63,834 nt of DNA, filler included, from Octopus bimaculoides (GCF_001194135.2; 6 parts of 6 records of this genome joined end to end with filler, not necessarily neighbours in it); one strand, 5' to 3'. Positions 40,283 to 55,353 are shown, numbered from the whole stretch's first letter. Program-made: numbers and translations. The notes: generated by a model not told the origin, from the sequence alone.

Positions 40283-41252
40283 NNNNNNNNNNATATATAT
40301 ATATATATGCACTATCAAAACAATATATATTTAAAATGCTTTAAACTTGTCTGACTATTTTAGAATACAATATATTTCTTTTCATCTATGTGTGTATAAT
40401 TGTGTGCTACACATGTCAGGATGCACAGATATGGACATAAGTGTATGTACGTATGTACGCGCGCGATTTTGTGTGTGCGAGTGTATCTGTGTACAAGTGT
40501 GTTGGAGGTAGTGGGTGTATATGTTTGTATATATATATTTTTTTTTTATCGTAGACTGCTAACAGCCACAAGCAGTGTATAAGTGCAAGCGATAATTTAG
40601 TGAATATCCAGCTGCTCCTGCTGCCGTCCCTTTAACTGCCATTCACAGAAATGCGATGCGTTTCTAACGCCTTCACTGTTGCAACTGCTCTCACTGTTAG
40701 CTGCAATAACAACAGCTAACTTTCAGATGCTTTAACAGTTTCTGATTCTATGAGAGTGTATTTGATTCATGTAGTTATTAAAAACATTGCCCCGAATTTA
40801 ATTCTTCAGACCTATTTACTATACATTATTACAAATATTATTAGCTTCTCTTTTTAAAATATTATTCATTTTTTAATCAGAAATAAACGTGTCAAAAGCC
40901 ATTACTTGAATTATAGCAGCAGACTTAGTAATTGCTATGAAGCGGTACAAAACACGCGGCATACGACATGTACACTAGCTATTCTGCAGCAGAACTATAG
41001 AATGTTTAGCCACAACCTGACTACCTATCTATCACCTTCTTCATTCATACACAATTGTAGATGATTCGCTAAGCGTATCATGAGCGTGCACCCACATTGA
41101 CAATTGTATTAACAAAGAAGACACAGGGAAGTCGCTAGATTTGCAGGAAGTAGCAGTCAAAGCCCCTTCGAATCTACCAGGCGAAGGAAAGAACACAAGC
41201 TAAGGGAGAATGATACATACTCCAAAGAAGATGAGATGGCCATGGTATAGAT

Positions 41253-41299
<47 letters not shown>

Positions 41300-42684
41300 N
41301 NNNNNNNNNNNNNNNNNNNNNNNNNNNNNNNNNNNNNNNNNNNNNNNNNNNNNNNNNNNNNNNNNNNNNNNNNNNNNNNNNNNNNNNNNNNNNNNNNNNN
41401 NNNNNNNNNNNNNNNNNNNNNNNNNNNNNNNNNNNNNNNNNNNNNNNNNNNNNNNNNNNNNNNNNNNNNNNNNNNNNNNNNNNNNNNNNNNNNNNNNNNN
41501 NNNNNNNNNNNNNNNNNNNNNNNNNNNNNNNNNNNNNNNNNNNNNNNNNNNNNNNNNNNNNNNNNNNNNNNNNNNNNNNNNNNNNNNNNNNNNNNNNNNN
41601 NNNNNNNNNNNNNNNNNNNNNNNNNNNNNNNNNNNNNNNNNNNNNNNNNNNNNNNNNNNNNNNNNNNNNNNNNNNNNNNNNNNNNNNNNNNNNNNNNNNN
41701 NNNNNNNNNNNNNNNNNNNNNNNNNNNNNNNNNNNNNNNNNNNNNNNNNNNNNNNNNNNNNNNNNNNNNNNNNNNNNNNNNNNNNNNNNNNNNNNNNNNN
41801 NNNNNNNNNNNNNNNNNNNNNNNNNNNNNNNNNNNNNNNNNNNNNNNNNNNNNNNNNNNNNNNNNNNNNNNNNNNNNNNNNNNNNNNNNNNNNNNNNNNN
41901 NNNNNNNNNNNNNNNNNNNNNNNNNNNNNNNNNNNNNNNNNNNNNNNNNNNNNNNNNNNNNNNNNNNNNNNNNNNNNNNNNNNNNNNNNNNNNNNNNNNN
42001 NNNNNNNNNNNNNNNNNNNNNNNNNNNNNNNNNNNNNNNNNNNNNNNNNNNNNNNNNATATATATATATATATATATATACGACGGACTTATTTCAGTTT
42101 CCGTTAACTAAATCCAGGTTGGTCGGCCTGAGGCTCGAGTAGAAGATAATAGCTCAAAGTACCACACGATGGAACTGAACTCGAAACCATTTAGTTGGGA
42201 AACAAACCTCTTACCACAGCCACTACACACTCAGAAATGCGTTCATGTGCGAGCACTTGCGTATACATGCACACACTTACGGACACATGCACATACACGC
42301 ACGCACAGACACACACACATTTTTTCTCGAGATATTGGCATCTACATAACTATTATATTGAGTTCATTGAATTGTTTTCGAGAATTATATCATATAGAAC
42401 GTGATGTGTGTGTGTGAATGGATGTGTGTGTGAGTGTGGGTGTGTGTATGTATTTATATGTGCCTATGTATATGTATATACATGTGTCTGTATGGGTGTG
42501 TATGAGTATATTTGTGTGCGTGCATGTCAGTGTATATTTATATTTATGTGTGTGTATGTATGCGTGTGAGTATCTGTGTATGCGTACGTGCGTGCACGTA
42601 TATGTTTGTGTGCCTAAGTATGCTTATGTGTATCTGCGTATAGCATGTGTGTGCGTGCGTGTGAGTGTGTGTCGTGTCTGTGTG

Positions 42685-42716
<32 letters not shown>

Positions 42717-44091
42717 TGTATGTATGTATGAATTTATGTCTCTATTTCTGTGTATGTGTATATCTTTATGTATGAATATATATCTGTGTGCTTGTGTATA
42801 TGAGCGTATGTACTAGTACATCTATGTGCATGTGTATATGTATGCGCATGTTTGTATATCTCACTTTTCTTCACCAGCGTTGTGATGCTCCTGATCCAAA
42901 TATAAACGCTTCATCCAAATGTAACTTTTGCATTATAACCAATTTTATCTATCTGATGAACTTTTAATAGGAAATTCCTTAATTATCTATGTAACTTGTA
43001 GATCTTTGTAATTCCTATTAGCAAATGAAACACGTCAATGGAAAATAAATAATACGAAATAATTTCCTCTTACCTGTTTTGTTACATATATATATATATA
43101 TATATATATATANNNNNNNNNNNNNNNNNNNNNNNNNNNNNNNNNNNNNNNNNNNNNNNNNNNNNNNNNNNNNNNNNNNNNNNNNNNNNNNNNNNNNNNN
43201 NNNNNNNNNNNNNNNNNNNNNNNNNNNNNNNNNNNNNNNNNNNNNNNNNNNNNNNNNNNNNNNNNNNNNNNNNNNNNNNNNNNNNNNNNNNNNNNNNNNN
43301 NNNNNNNNNNNNNNNNNNNNNNNNNNNNNNNNNNNNNNNNNNNNNNNNNNNNNNNNNNNNNNNNNNNNNNNNNNNNNNNNNNNNNNNNNNNNNNNNNNAT
43401 ATATATATATATATATAAGCAAATTTACCGACGTCACCTAGCTCTAGACCAATGAAACTTTACCTCCGATCAAAACCGAACTTCAGCAAATACAACAAAA
43501 TGACCCTTTAAGAGAATCAACCAACTGGAGCAGTTGATGACCGTTTCCCACAGGGAAACCAATCAGGCAGAACGACAAACTTGACCACCAGAAAAACAAG
43601 ATGCTACCAGTACTTTAACAAATCAAAAATCAGATCCGTTCGTGGAAAAAATTATAAATACACCAGATTCCAAAAAACACCGTTATAAGCGAAAGTTCCT
43701 GCATACGACGGAAAGAGAATCACAGAAAATATAAACCAAATCCTTTTTTTTTTACTATCTTCATTTCTTCCTTGTTTTTCTCCCTCTTAACTCAGTATGA
43801 CTGAAACTTTGGTGATATTCATTTCTTGTCAACTACTACTAACACTATTGAATTTTGTACAGTTAAACAAGTTGATCCACACTTCTTATGTTAGTGACTG
43901 TTATGAACATTTAAACTTGTCAACACTGAAAATTTTAAGCATGTTTTTTTCTAATTCATAATTCTAAATTTTTACCATTCATAAACAAAAAATATTGTTG
44001 AAACTATGAATGAATATTAAACTGATCCTATGTAATCTTTCCTTTTTAATGTTTATAATTGATATATACACACATTTTACCTATTCTTAAA

Positions 44092-44654
44092 TTTTATTTT
44101 TATACAACATAAACATCCCCCCATAGTGCCTCTAATAAAATTTCCTCTGTATTAACATATTAGGTTTCTAGCGTCTTGCCCCTTTAACTGGTAATTAACA
44201 TCATGATTTAAAATCTACCCCTACCATGCCTCTTTTTATAGACAGTTACTTATATCCAGCTGACTACTCCTAATGTCTTATTTCCTTCCTGGGGAAAAGG
44301 AATACATATGATAATATTTATGACCATACCTAGCGATGAGCTGTCAACTCATTCTTGTCCTTTATTTTATTTTTATACAACATAACAATATCGTTTATAA
44401 ACATTCCCCCATAGTGCCTCTAATAAAATTTCCTCTATATTAACATATTAGGTTTCTTAGTGTCTTGCCCCTTTAACTGGTAATTAACATCATGATTTAA
44501 AGTCTACCCCTACCCTGCCTCTTTTATAGACAGTTACTTATATCCAGCTGACTACTCCTAATGTCTTATATCCTTCCTGGGGAAAAGGGATACATGTGAT
44601 AATATTTATGACCATACCTAGCGATGAGCTGTCAACTCACGCTTGTCCTTTATT
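44092..44654. repeat. Tandem duplication, period 273 bp
   Basis: Copies start at 44092 and 44365; high identity; copy 2 has a ~16-nt insertion. Confidence 0.92.
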
Positions 44655-44899
44655 CAAAATAGACATAGTCTTCTAGTCTCAGATTCAGTAGTTGATAAAG
44701 AGATGAATGAATTAGAAATGAATTACAACTCTTACAACCCTATGACCACACTCTGCCCTATGCGATTCTTAGAAGTCGTAGTCTATTCTAAGCTACAATA
44801 GCCACAACATGAATTTCTTCCATCTTCTTACTCTGTTAAAATATTCAAGGAAAATTATATTAACGTATCCTACTTGTTAAAATTCCATTTATTCATTTG

Positions 44900-44981
44900 T
44901 GCAGCTGAAGATAGCACAGCATATTGATGTAATCATTGCATTGTTCAATTAAATGGAACTGCTTGAAACGGTCGTACTGCA
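44900..44981 (+). ncRNA. Degenerate hammerhead-like motif with long stem II
   Basis: TGCAG-CTGAAGA-T-AGCA...TGCT-T-GAAAC-G-GTC-GTACTGCA. The stem II region folds further (ATTGA/TCAAT, TGTAA/TTGCA); helix I is out of register by 3 nt. Confidence 0.4.
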
Positions 44982-45107
44982 TTACTACTTGATATCCTAT
45001 TGCTTATTTTGATTTTATTCTCCTTGCTTCGAGCTTTGCAGGTAATACTGGACTGACTTGGTGCTTCAAATCAAGTACCTAATTCAATTGAATCTTAATT
45101 ATTTCTT

Positions 45108-45213
<106 letters not shown>

Positions 45214-45610
45214 ATGGATGGATGGATGGATGGATGGATGGATGGATGCATGTATGTATGTAAGTGTGTGCGCGCCCACGTCTGTGTGTATGACTATGCG
45301 TGTACATATAAATGAACGTGTAAATTTGTAACAGCAGAATTAGCCAAACTCAATTTATAAAAGTACATTATTCATAAGACCTAACAGAGTCGGTATAATC
45401 TTTTACCTTTTATTTTTTTCAGTCATTCGACTGCGGCCGTGCTGGGACACACCTTGAAGGCTTTTGGTTGAACGAATCTACCTAATACTTATTTTTAAGT
45501 TGGGTACTTATTCTATCGCGCTCTATTGCCAGAGCACTATACTACGCGGGCCTAAACAAACCAACACCGGTTGTCAAACAGTGGGTGAGGGACAAACACC
45601 GATTCGAAGG

Positions 45611-45676
<66 letters not shown>

Positions 45677-47246
45677 CACGCTCACACATATGCACACACA
45701 CATACACACGCATATTTATACGACAGGCTTCTTTATGTTTCAGTCTACCAAANNNNNNNNNNNNNNNNNNNNNNNNNNNNNNNNNNNNNNNNNNNNNNNN
45801 NNNNNNNNNNNNNNNNNNNNNNNNNNNNNNNNNNNNNNNNNNNNNNNNNNNNNNNNNNNNNNNNNNNNNNNNNNNNNNNNNNNNNNNNNNNNNNNNNNNN
45901 NNNNNNNNNNNNNNNNNNNNNNNNNNNNNNNNNNNNNNNNNNNNNNNNNNNNNNNNNNNNNNNNNNNNNNNNNNNNNNNNNNNNNNNNNNNNNNNNNNNN
46001 NNNNNNNNNNNNNNNNNNNNNNNNNNNNNNATATATATATATATATATATACAATGCCACACAATGTTAATTTCTTTAATTCACATAAATATAAAGTCTT
46101 GTGCACTCTGGCATGAATTTAAATATCGCAACGTATTATAGTCTCTAGGTGGAGATCTCGAAATGTATCTTTGTTTATCTCTGTTTATTTCAGGCTGATT
46201 GATATTCCACAGACTCAAGTCATGAAGCGCTACACATAATTTCTGGCTTAACAAGTATGTCTTTAGCTTATCAGCGACTAACAATGTGAATACTCAATGA
46301 TACATCTAAATGTTCCATGAGGTATTTGGCGATAAATATTCCATATTTTTTATGTGATATATTAGAAGTCCGATTAATTTATATAAAGCCATTGCAACAA
46401 CTACATGTTTAGTCGTTGTGCACTGCCAAGGATTAAAGACAATGGTTTGATGAACTACGATTGCCTCGTCAAGTGCCATGCGCATCTAGGTTGTGTGTGT
46501 GTGTGTGTGTGTGTGTGTTTTGGTAACATTCTTCATAAAGGGTTTGGAAGCTTGTGTCAACAATCTCAGATGGACTTTGCCATTTGGCAAACATGACAGT
46601 CCCCCAATTTCCTTATATTTTGCTCCACGCTTCTTGCGTCATAGATTTGAGATATAATCAACGTCGGCAATCTAATTAAATCGACAGCCATGTTGCATCA
46701 TAGTTATAAGCTCCCTTAGCACGTTGTTTGATTGCTGTTTATTTTTGTGTGCGTGTGTGTGTGTGTGTGCGTGCGCGCGCGCGCCTGATTGTGTGTGTGT
46801 GTGTATATGTGTGATCGTGTGTGTGTTGTGTGTATGTGTACGTGTGTACGTGTGCGTGTGTGTGTGCGCGCGCTGATGTGTATATCTTAGCATGCGTTAC
46901 TTAGTCTATTTGAAAACTCTCCCGCTTTCGAAGCTGAAATTCCGCTCACGTTGGTGGGTTTCTTTCGCACATTCAATGTTCTCCAAGCCTTTGTTACCTA
47001 TATTCTAACATTTCCTGCTATTCACGGATCGCTATCTAATTCTATCTTCTTCAAGCCCTCATCTCTTTTCTTTTCTTTTTCTTTTTCTATTTTTCTTTCC
47101 TGGTGGTTCGGTACCTTTTATTTTCTTAAAGGTATTTAGGCTGCATNNNNNNNNNNNNNNNNNNNNNNNNNNNNNNNNNNNNNNNNNNNNTTAATTAATT
47201 AANNNNNNNNNNNNNNNNNNNNNNNNNNNNNNNNNNNNNNNNNNNN

Positions 47247-47304
<58 letters not shown>

Positions 47305-48470
47305 CCTTGTTGGTTTCACACACCAGACAGCAGTAACGTCCTGCTGGGGCAGCGTCTTCAAGAGTCCAGTCAATCATTTTCCAGCCCAGTAAATACTTTA
47401 TCGATCGCTGCTTGTCGACCGATGATAAAGCTGCCGCTGCTGCTACTGCTGATGGTGATGCTGACGAAGCTGATGATGATGATGATGATGATGATGACGA
47501 TGATGGTAATGATGATAAGGACAATGGCGATTGGTGGTGGTGGTGGTAGTTTCGGTGGTGGTGATGATCGTGGTGGTTGCGGCGCAGGTGGTGCAGGTGA
47601 TGATGAAGAAAATGTCAATAGTGGCGGTCGGTGACGGTTGTGCTTGTGGTATTGGTGATGATGATGATGAAAATGATGATGATAATACCATGATGACCAT
47701 GATGATGATGATGATGATGACAATGTTGACGATGGCGAGGGAGATGACGACGAGGTAGATGGTGGTGGTGGTGGTGGTGATGATGATGACAATGGCGTCG
47801 GCGGTGCTGATAGTCAAACAATGTCTCTTCTCTGGAAAACTTTCCTGCAGCAGTCCAATGTCACATGACCGTTGGATGGAATCAAATTATCGTCAGTTAA
47901 ACTGATCTGACTTTCAGATTACGGTGGAAGCGGNNNNNNNNNNNNNNNNNNNNNNNNNNNNNNNNNNNNNNNNNNNNNNNNNNNNNNGGGGGGGGGGGGG
48001 GTAAACGATGGATAAGAAGGCAGAGATAATGGTGGTGGCGGTGGTGGTGGTGGTGGTGGAGGCGATGATGGTAGCGGTGGTTAGATTAGCTGTTGGTATG
48101 TGTGCGTGTACATGTGTGTATACGGGCGTACGTGTGTACGCGTCTGTGTATGGACGTGTATTATATGTGTGTGTGTGTAAGAGAGAGAGAGAGAGAGAGT
48201 GTGTGGTGTGTATCAATGTATGCATATAAATGTATGTATGTATATATATATATATATATGAACATGTATAGTACGTATGTACACATATATTTATATGTAT
48301 ATAAATATGTGCATGATTATGCGAATGTGTAGCATCTCTGTGTACGTGTGGACGCCAATACACACTCACACACACACCTACACACACATATGTATGTATG
48401 TTGATTTCGGTGGATGCTTGTGTATGTGTCTGTATATGATGTTTGTGTGTATGCCTGTGCGTATCAGTAG

Positions 48471-48507
<37 letters not shown>

Positions 48508-49772
48508 NNNNNNNNNNGTGTGTGTGTCTGGGTGTATATGGAAAATATATATATAGATGTGTGTGTGATAGAAAGAAACGGGGAGAGAGATAGAGACATA
48601 GTGAAAGAAAAAGAGAGAGGGATAATGAGCTTAAAGGAGGCGCTTGGCTTTGAGATTAAAATGGTAGGTTCATGATCAGTGTGTAGTGGGTTCGATTGCT
48701 AGACCGGTTCACGTGTTGTGTTCTTGAGAGAAGCCCTTTATCTTATGTTGTTCCGATGCACTTAGCTGGAGAAGAATACCAGTGTCAACTAGGGGAGGAG
48801 GGGTAACCACATGATGGACTGGCGATTCATTCAAAGAGGAGGGGTCTTGAACTGTCAGCCTTCAACATCCAGATGAGCTCTGATCTCATGAAGCTGTAGG
48901 CCTGAAGAACACTTATACATACGTACATACATATGTACACACATATCAGATACATAAATGCATACACACATATGTATATACATGCAGACAGATGCACACA
49001 CACACACACACACACACATATATAAGATTTGTATTGTAAGTAGATAAAAGAATCAAACAGCCTTCATCTCCGTTGTTTTCGCACTGTTAGTAAGTGGCAG
49101 GACAAGATACTAAATACAGAAATCCTAATTCGACACCTGACCCGAGATCTTCACGAAGTGCAAACATTTTGAGAAGTACACATTACAAAACTGGATCATA
49201 AGATATTTACTTGAGTACCTGACACCCAGATAACTTCTGCACATACGTTGATATATGCAAAATGTTGCATATGTCAGCATATGTGCAGAGGTTTGTGGGT
49301 CTTATTTTTCACTTCTCTTTCCTTTATTCCTCCCCGCTTTTGTTGCTGTATTTCTTACTATTCGGGTCTTAGACGCTCTTTTGTATCTTTGCTCTATTTT
49401 CGTCCTAACTTTGTTATTTATTTCTCTAAATAAATCTTCAGAAATATTTTATTTTAACAGGAATTAACTCATTCTTCCCATCTAATAGGTATGTGCCTTC
49501 GAAATAAGGTTAAGACAAATAAACAGCATGATCAGAGTATTAGAAAGAAACTATTATTAACCACAGCTGGAAACCAGTATATTGTATTATTCTACATGCA
49601 TACTCACATACTCTCATACATGCAAACACAAAGAGGCACACGTATTTATGCCTATGTATTTATATCTATCCATCCATCCAGCTAGCTTTTTAAATATATA
49701 TATGTATGTATGCATGTGTGTGTGTGTGTATATATATATGTATATATATGAGAAATACATCGAGACAAAGGC

Positions 49773-49826
<54 letters not shown>

Positions 49827-50768
49827 GGATGGATGGATGGATGGATGGATGGATAATGGAATGACAGATTGAGAGACAAATACATGCATACACGGGTATA
49901 AAAAACAGTCTTTTATATATAAAAAAGATACATTTAAAGAATTTTAAAAAGAAATCACAAATGAAAAAATTACAAAGATAAAAAAAAAACTGTTTCAAGT
50001 AAAAGCACTAAAATTTCCATGTTGTTTACTGTATGGTTGATGTTAAAAAACATTTAAACATAAATGTAATTTACCCTTAAGTAATTCCAATCAAACATTT
50101 AAGACGAAAGTTGATAACATCGCAGATCTTCTTTCGGAAATTTCAAGCAATAAAAACTCTTTACTAGCAGACGACATTCTGTATCAACTTTTTTTTTTTC
50201 TTCACCTTCTATCGTCTGCTCTTTGGTTGTTATTTCAAAATGGCTGAATTTGTATGAATTCTCACCATCTTCGCAAGCTTTCTATGCCTCTCTCTCTCTC
50301 TCAGCCTCACGTTTCTCCTATTAGTTATTCCAACATTTCTGAAAATACTTTTTTTAATGATTATATCTTTAATATAGATATTTTTCGTCCTTTTTATGTA
50401 TAAATATACATTCGCCGTTTCTGTAATTGTTGTCGGTGTTGTTGCCGATTATGCTGTTGCAATTTCGCAGATTTTTCCCCATCCTACATTCGAAACATCA
50501 ATTTTAAGTGATTTTACAATACGCTATTATAGTGGTTGGTGGGAAGGGAGAAGTTTTGCTGAAATTTTTTTCTTCACTTTTAATGATATCTCTTGCTTCT
50601 CTATTCACTTAACTAACGCGCATTATATATTGTTACTATAGCATCAACAACATTTTATAACAGCAATATATATATATATGTATGCACAAATATGTGCATG
50701 GGTATGTGTGTTTGTATATGTGCCTCAGTGTGTGTGTGTGCATATATGTGCATGTATGTATACAGGAA

Positions 50769-50873
<105 letters not shown>

Positions 50874-51513
50874 GTGCGTATTTAAGCAGATATGCATACT
50901 TGCACATAAACACATACATAACTATATACTTACAAATACGTATTCCTTCGTTTAACGTTTTATTTTTGCAGCTGGCATGTGTTAGACGGACAGTTTTTTT
51001 TTTTTTGAGCCAGTATTTTCGCAGTCATATGCATTCTACGTGTGCGTGCGCGTCCATGTATGTATGTATGTATATGCATGTATGTATTTATGTATGTGCA
51101 TATGTATGTACGTGAGTGTGTGCATCTGCATGTATTCATATGTATGTTTGTATATGTGTGTGTATTTATATATATATATATACATATACATACATACATT
51201 TACACACACACATATATGTATATAGATGTGTATGTATGTATTGTCCGTTTTACATTCTGTTCATTACCAATAATGATCTCAAAAACAGAATCGAGGTTCA
51301 AAGACTGTCAGGTTTAGAACAACAATATTAATACTATACACATAAGTAGCACTGTACTACAACAACAACGACAACAAGAACAACAACTACTACTACGACT
51401 ACTATTACTACTAAGATGATAAACAAAGATGACCTTGCGGGGATTCGAACTCAGAATGTATAGAGTCTGGATAAATACAGTAAACATGTTTTCCAACGCT
51501 CTAATGACTCGGC

Positions 51514-51579
<66 letters not shown>

Positions 51580-51714
51580 AAGAAGAAGAAGAAGAAGAAG
51601 AAGAAGAAGAAGAAGAAGAAGAAGAAGAAGAAGAAGAAGAAGAAGAAGAAGAAGAAGAAGAAATGATCTAATAATAATAATAATAAACGCTCTGATGTAG
51701 TACCAGACAGTGGC

Positions 51715-52742
51715 TCTCATGGCTTTTGAAGTGTTTTGTCTTGGTATGAAAGATAGGCTCCAGCAAATAGTTTGCTCAATACTACAGTTTTGCGTGTCAG
51801 TTGTCTGGCTGTAACCAGTTGAGCATGTCCCTTAGTGGTTGTTGATATGTGGCGGAGCATCATAGCCATGTGTTCCACAGAAAGCCGAAGAGTATTCGCT
51901 CCAGTTTAGTCAGACGTAAACTAAAGTGAGGCACGACTTTTCAGGGATCACTTCCTCTCGTCCCATTTCCGGGTGGGATTGGCTGTCCTGCTCGTTACCT
52001 CATCCAAGTTTTTCTATACCGAGAGATCTGGACAAAAACCAGGCCCTGAGCAAGTTAATCGATCCCTCCGTCCAGCGTCCCACGATATTATTGGACTGCA
52101 TGGATCTGCGTCTCCAGGTACCCAGCTGCAGGCCCACTGACTTTTCTTGGTTAATTGTTGGCTGTTCCTGTTACCATCTCGTTTTCTTTAAGAGTAGTGC
52201 TAATCAGTTCTATGTGTCCGGTGTTTGACACTTTGATGGTCACGTTGTTCACGTATACCGACACGGTTCTTCCACGTCCCAGTTCGTGATGGATGCTTCT
52301 CAACGCCTCCAATTTCAGCAGCTTTGGCTCTCGAACCAGTACATACAGAAGAGACGAGAGAGGACAATCGGGAAAGAACGAGCGCATGATGCTTAATGGT
52401 TCCAATAGGTAACCAGTCACCCAAACTACCGTGGAAATGTCGCTGTACACTGCATCAATTCGGCCACGCAAAATAGGACCAAAATGGGCCTCCCTGGGTA
52501 CAGCCACCAAGTATCATTTGTCGACCCTATCGAAGGCTTTCAATTGATTCAAATTGGTTAGTGCCCTACCCATACCAGGTTCTAACTACCCTTTCAGTGA
52601 TTATCGCATGAGATAGAGGTTATCTTGGATAGATCTGCTTGGGATGGTGCATGTTTGCGCATCACCAATCCTCAACGACAAGCGTTAACCTCTTTGCTAA
52701 TACTTTGACCAAAATTTTCAAATCTGCGTTTAGCAGAGTTAT
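51715..52742 (-). mobile_element. Tx1/L1-clade LINE RT fragment, decayed
   Basis: TLLNADLKILVKVLAKRL, SIQDNL.LMR, KAFDRVD, GCPLSPLLYVL-like motifs. Confidence 0.88.
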
Positions 52743-52759
52743 GGGCTTAAAAAATATTC

Positions 52760-53175
52760 TATTTGATCCACATCCCAACACCATCACACCACACCACTAG
52801 ACCACCACGCACACACGAGCACTGACCACTTGCCAGCCCCACATCCACACACACGTCAAGGTCACCAGCCCTCTTCCACATGCACATACATGCTCTCTTA
52901 TACACACGCACCTTCGTTTTGGGATCACCACTACATTATTATATCCCCCTTCTTCCTAGCTCTCCTATGTGACCCCTCTGTCCGGCATTCGCCACCATGA
53001 TAGATCGCTAGCCACTACACGTTCTTAATTTTCTCTCCTTGTTTCTTTCTGTGTTCCTTTCTGTGAAAGAGCGTAGGCTCGAAACGTTAAAGACTTTTTC
53101 ACTTCTCAAGCGTTAAACTAATACATATGTTTGGTGTCTACACTACCTGTCTTCGTCTTTTTGTAATGCTCCCTA
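52760..53175 (+). mobile_element. Penelope-like pLTR-type repeat end with variant hammerhead (53057-53092)
   Basis: CTTT-CTGTGAAA-GAGC-gtag-GCTC-GAAA-CGTT-AAAG. A homologous, more decayed copy lies at ~27590-27760. The family assignment is inferred. Confidence 0.45.
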
Positions 53176-53548
53176 ATCTATGTATGTATGCATGTATGTA
53201 TGCATGTATGTATGCATGTATGTATATATAGACATACACACGCGTGTGTGTGTGTGTATGTGTGTGTAACTTCTTCAGCAACTCCCATTTTCATCACTTG
53301 CTAATTTATCTCCTAATCTAATCGAGTCGATGCCTTTCGACGACAGACTTCGATCAGCTGTGATAACTATGGTTACCACAGCCATAGTGCTTATCAACTG
53401 TAATACACTGGGGGGGCAGATTAGTAATGGTGCTGGTGATATTTTATAACTACGACTTCACTATATATATACATATATACACATATACACACATATATAT
53501 ACATATATACACATACATATATATATATACACACATATTTATATACAT

Positions 53549-53581
<33 letters not shown>

Positions 53582-55261
53582 NNNNNNNNNNNNNNNNNNN
53601 NNNNNNNNNNNNNNNNNNNNNNNNNNNNNNNNNNNNNNNNNNNNNNNNNNNNNNNNNNNNNNNNNNNNNNNNNNNNNNNNNNNNNNNNNNNNNNNNNNNN
53701 NNNNNNNNNNNNNNNNNNNNNNNNNNNNNNNNNNNNNNNNNNNNNNNNNNNNNNNNNNNNNNNNNNNNNNNNNNNNNNNNNNNNNNNNNNNNNNNNNNNN
53801 NNNNNNNNNNNNNNNNNNNNNNNNNNNNNNNNNNNNNNNNNNNNNNNNNNNNNNNNNNNNNNNNNNNNNNNNNNNNNNNNNNNNNNNNNNNNNNNNNNNN
53901 NNNNNNNNNNNNNNNNNNNNNNNNNNNNNNNNNNNNNNNNNNNNNNNNNNNNNNNNNNNNNNNNNNNNNNNNNNNNNNNNNNNNNNNNNNNNNNNNNNNN
54001 NNNNNNNNNNNNNNNNNNNNNNNNNNNNNNNNNNNNNNNNNNNNNNNNNNNNNNNNNNNNNNNNNNNNNNNNNNNNNNNNNNNNNNNNNNNNNNNNNNNN
54101 NNNNNNNNNNNNNNNNNNNNNNNNNNNNNNNNNNNNNNNNNNNNNNNNNNNNNNNNNNNNNNNNNNNNNNNNNNNNNNNNNNNNNNNNNNNNNNNNNNNN
54201 NNNNNNNNNNNNNNNNNNNNNNNNNNNNNNNNNNNNNNNNNNNNNNNNNNNNNNNNNNNNNNNNNNNNNNNNNNNNNNNNNNNNNNNNNNNNNNNNNNNN
54301 NNNNNNNNNNNNNNNNNNNNNNNNNNNNNNNNNNNNNNNNNNNNNNNNNNNNNNNNNNNNNNNNNNNNNNNNNNNNNNNNNNNNNNNNNNNNNNNNNNNN
54401 NNNNNNNNNNNNNNNNNNNNNNNNNNTATATATATGTTAGTATGTATGTATATATGGAAGTATGTACATATGTATATGCAACAATGGACAAATAAGTGTA
54501 TAAAACTGTAAAAGATAATATATTTTACAGCTCAGTAAAAAGATATGCAACTCAGATAAGACACGTGAAGTAAGGGAAAAAATCATATTGTTGATAATAT
54601 CACAATAGAAAATCAATATTATCAATCAATCAGATTAATCGCTGATAGCTATTTACAGTGTGTCTCTAATCTAAGACTTAACTAGACTTGTATGTCTTAG
54701 TTGCATAACGCTTAATGTCTTTACGATATTCATATATTTATTACTGGTACACTACACTGTTTCTGGATGATTTCTGATGTAAGGTATACCATTTCAGTAA
54801 ATATACAATTTTTTAACCTTCTTGTGAGAAGCCAAGTTGCTGTATATTACTTGTTAATACCTCCGAACTTTATCAAAACACGATCGAACTGAATGGTTAC
54901 CAATCTTCTTACACCTTCGTGAGGAACATAATACATGTCTTCCTTCCGCTTGGTAATTATGGGTGATAATTATTTCTAGGATCCTCCGTTGTTCAATGCT
55001 GGCCATGCACACACACACATGTTTGTGTGTGTGGTCGATAGATGGGATCCGGAGGTCCCCGGTATAGAAAACGCTTGGTAGGGCTCAACTGATTCGAACT
55101 TAGACTTCGTTGCATCACGATCTAAAATGTAAGAGTTTATTTTCTACCCTGATGACGGAGACTCGATTTATCCAATGTTTATCCGCTTCCATTACTGGCT
55201 GCATATTTTGATGAATATATATATCCGTACGTAAACGGATGCACACATACACATATTACAT

Positions 55262-55353
<92 letters not shown>

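Noticed and set aside
40560-40712. Possible minus-strand terminal exon (NSESSCNSEGVRNASHFCEWQLKGRQQEQLDIH*)
   Set aside because: Short, no recognisable homology and no upstream exon found in this piece.
42947-42990. Hammerhead at CTGATGAACTTTTAATAGGAAA
   Set aside because: No stem II, no NUH site and no helix I partner.
51936-51953. Match to U3 snoRNA box A (ACTTT..CAGGGATCA)
   Set aside because: It lies inside the antisense of a Tx1/L1 RT fragment and no other U3 boxes follow.
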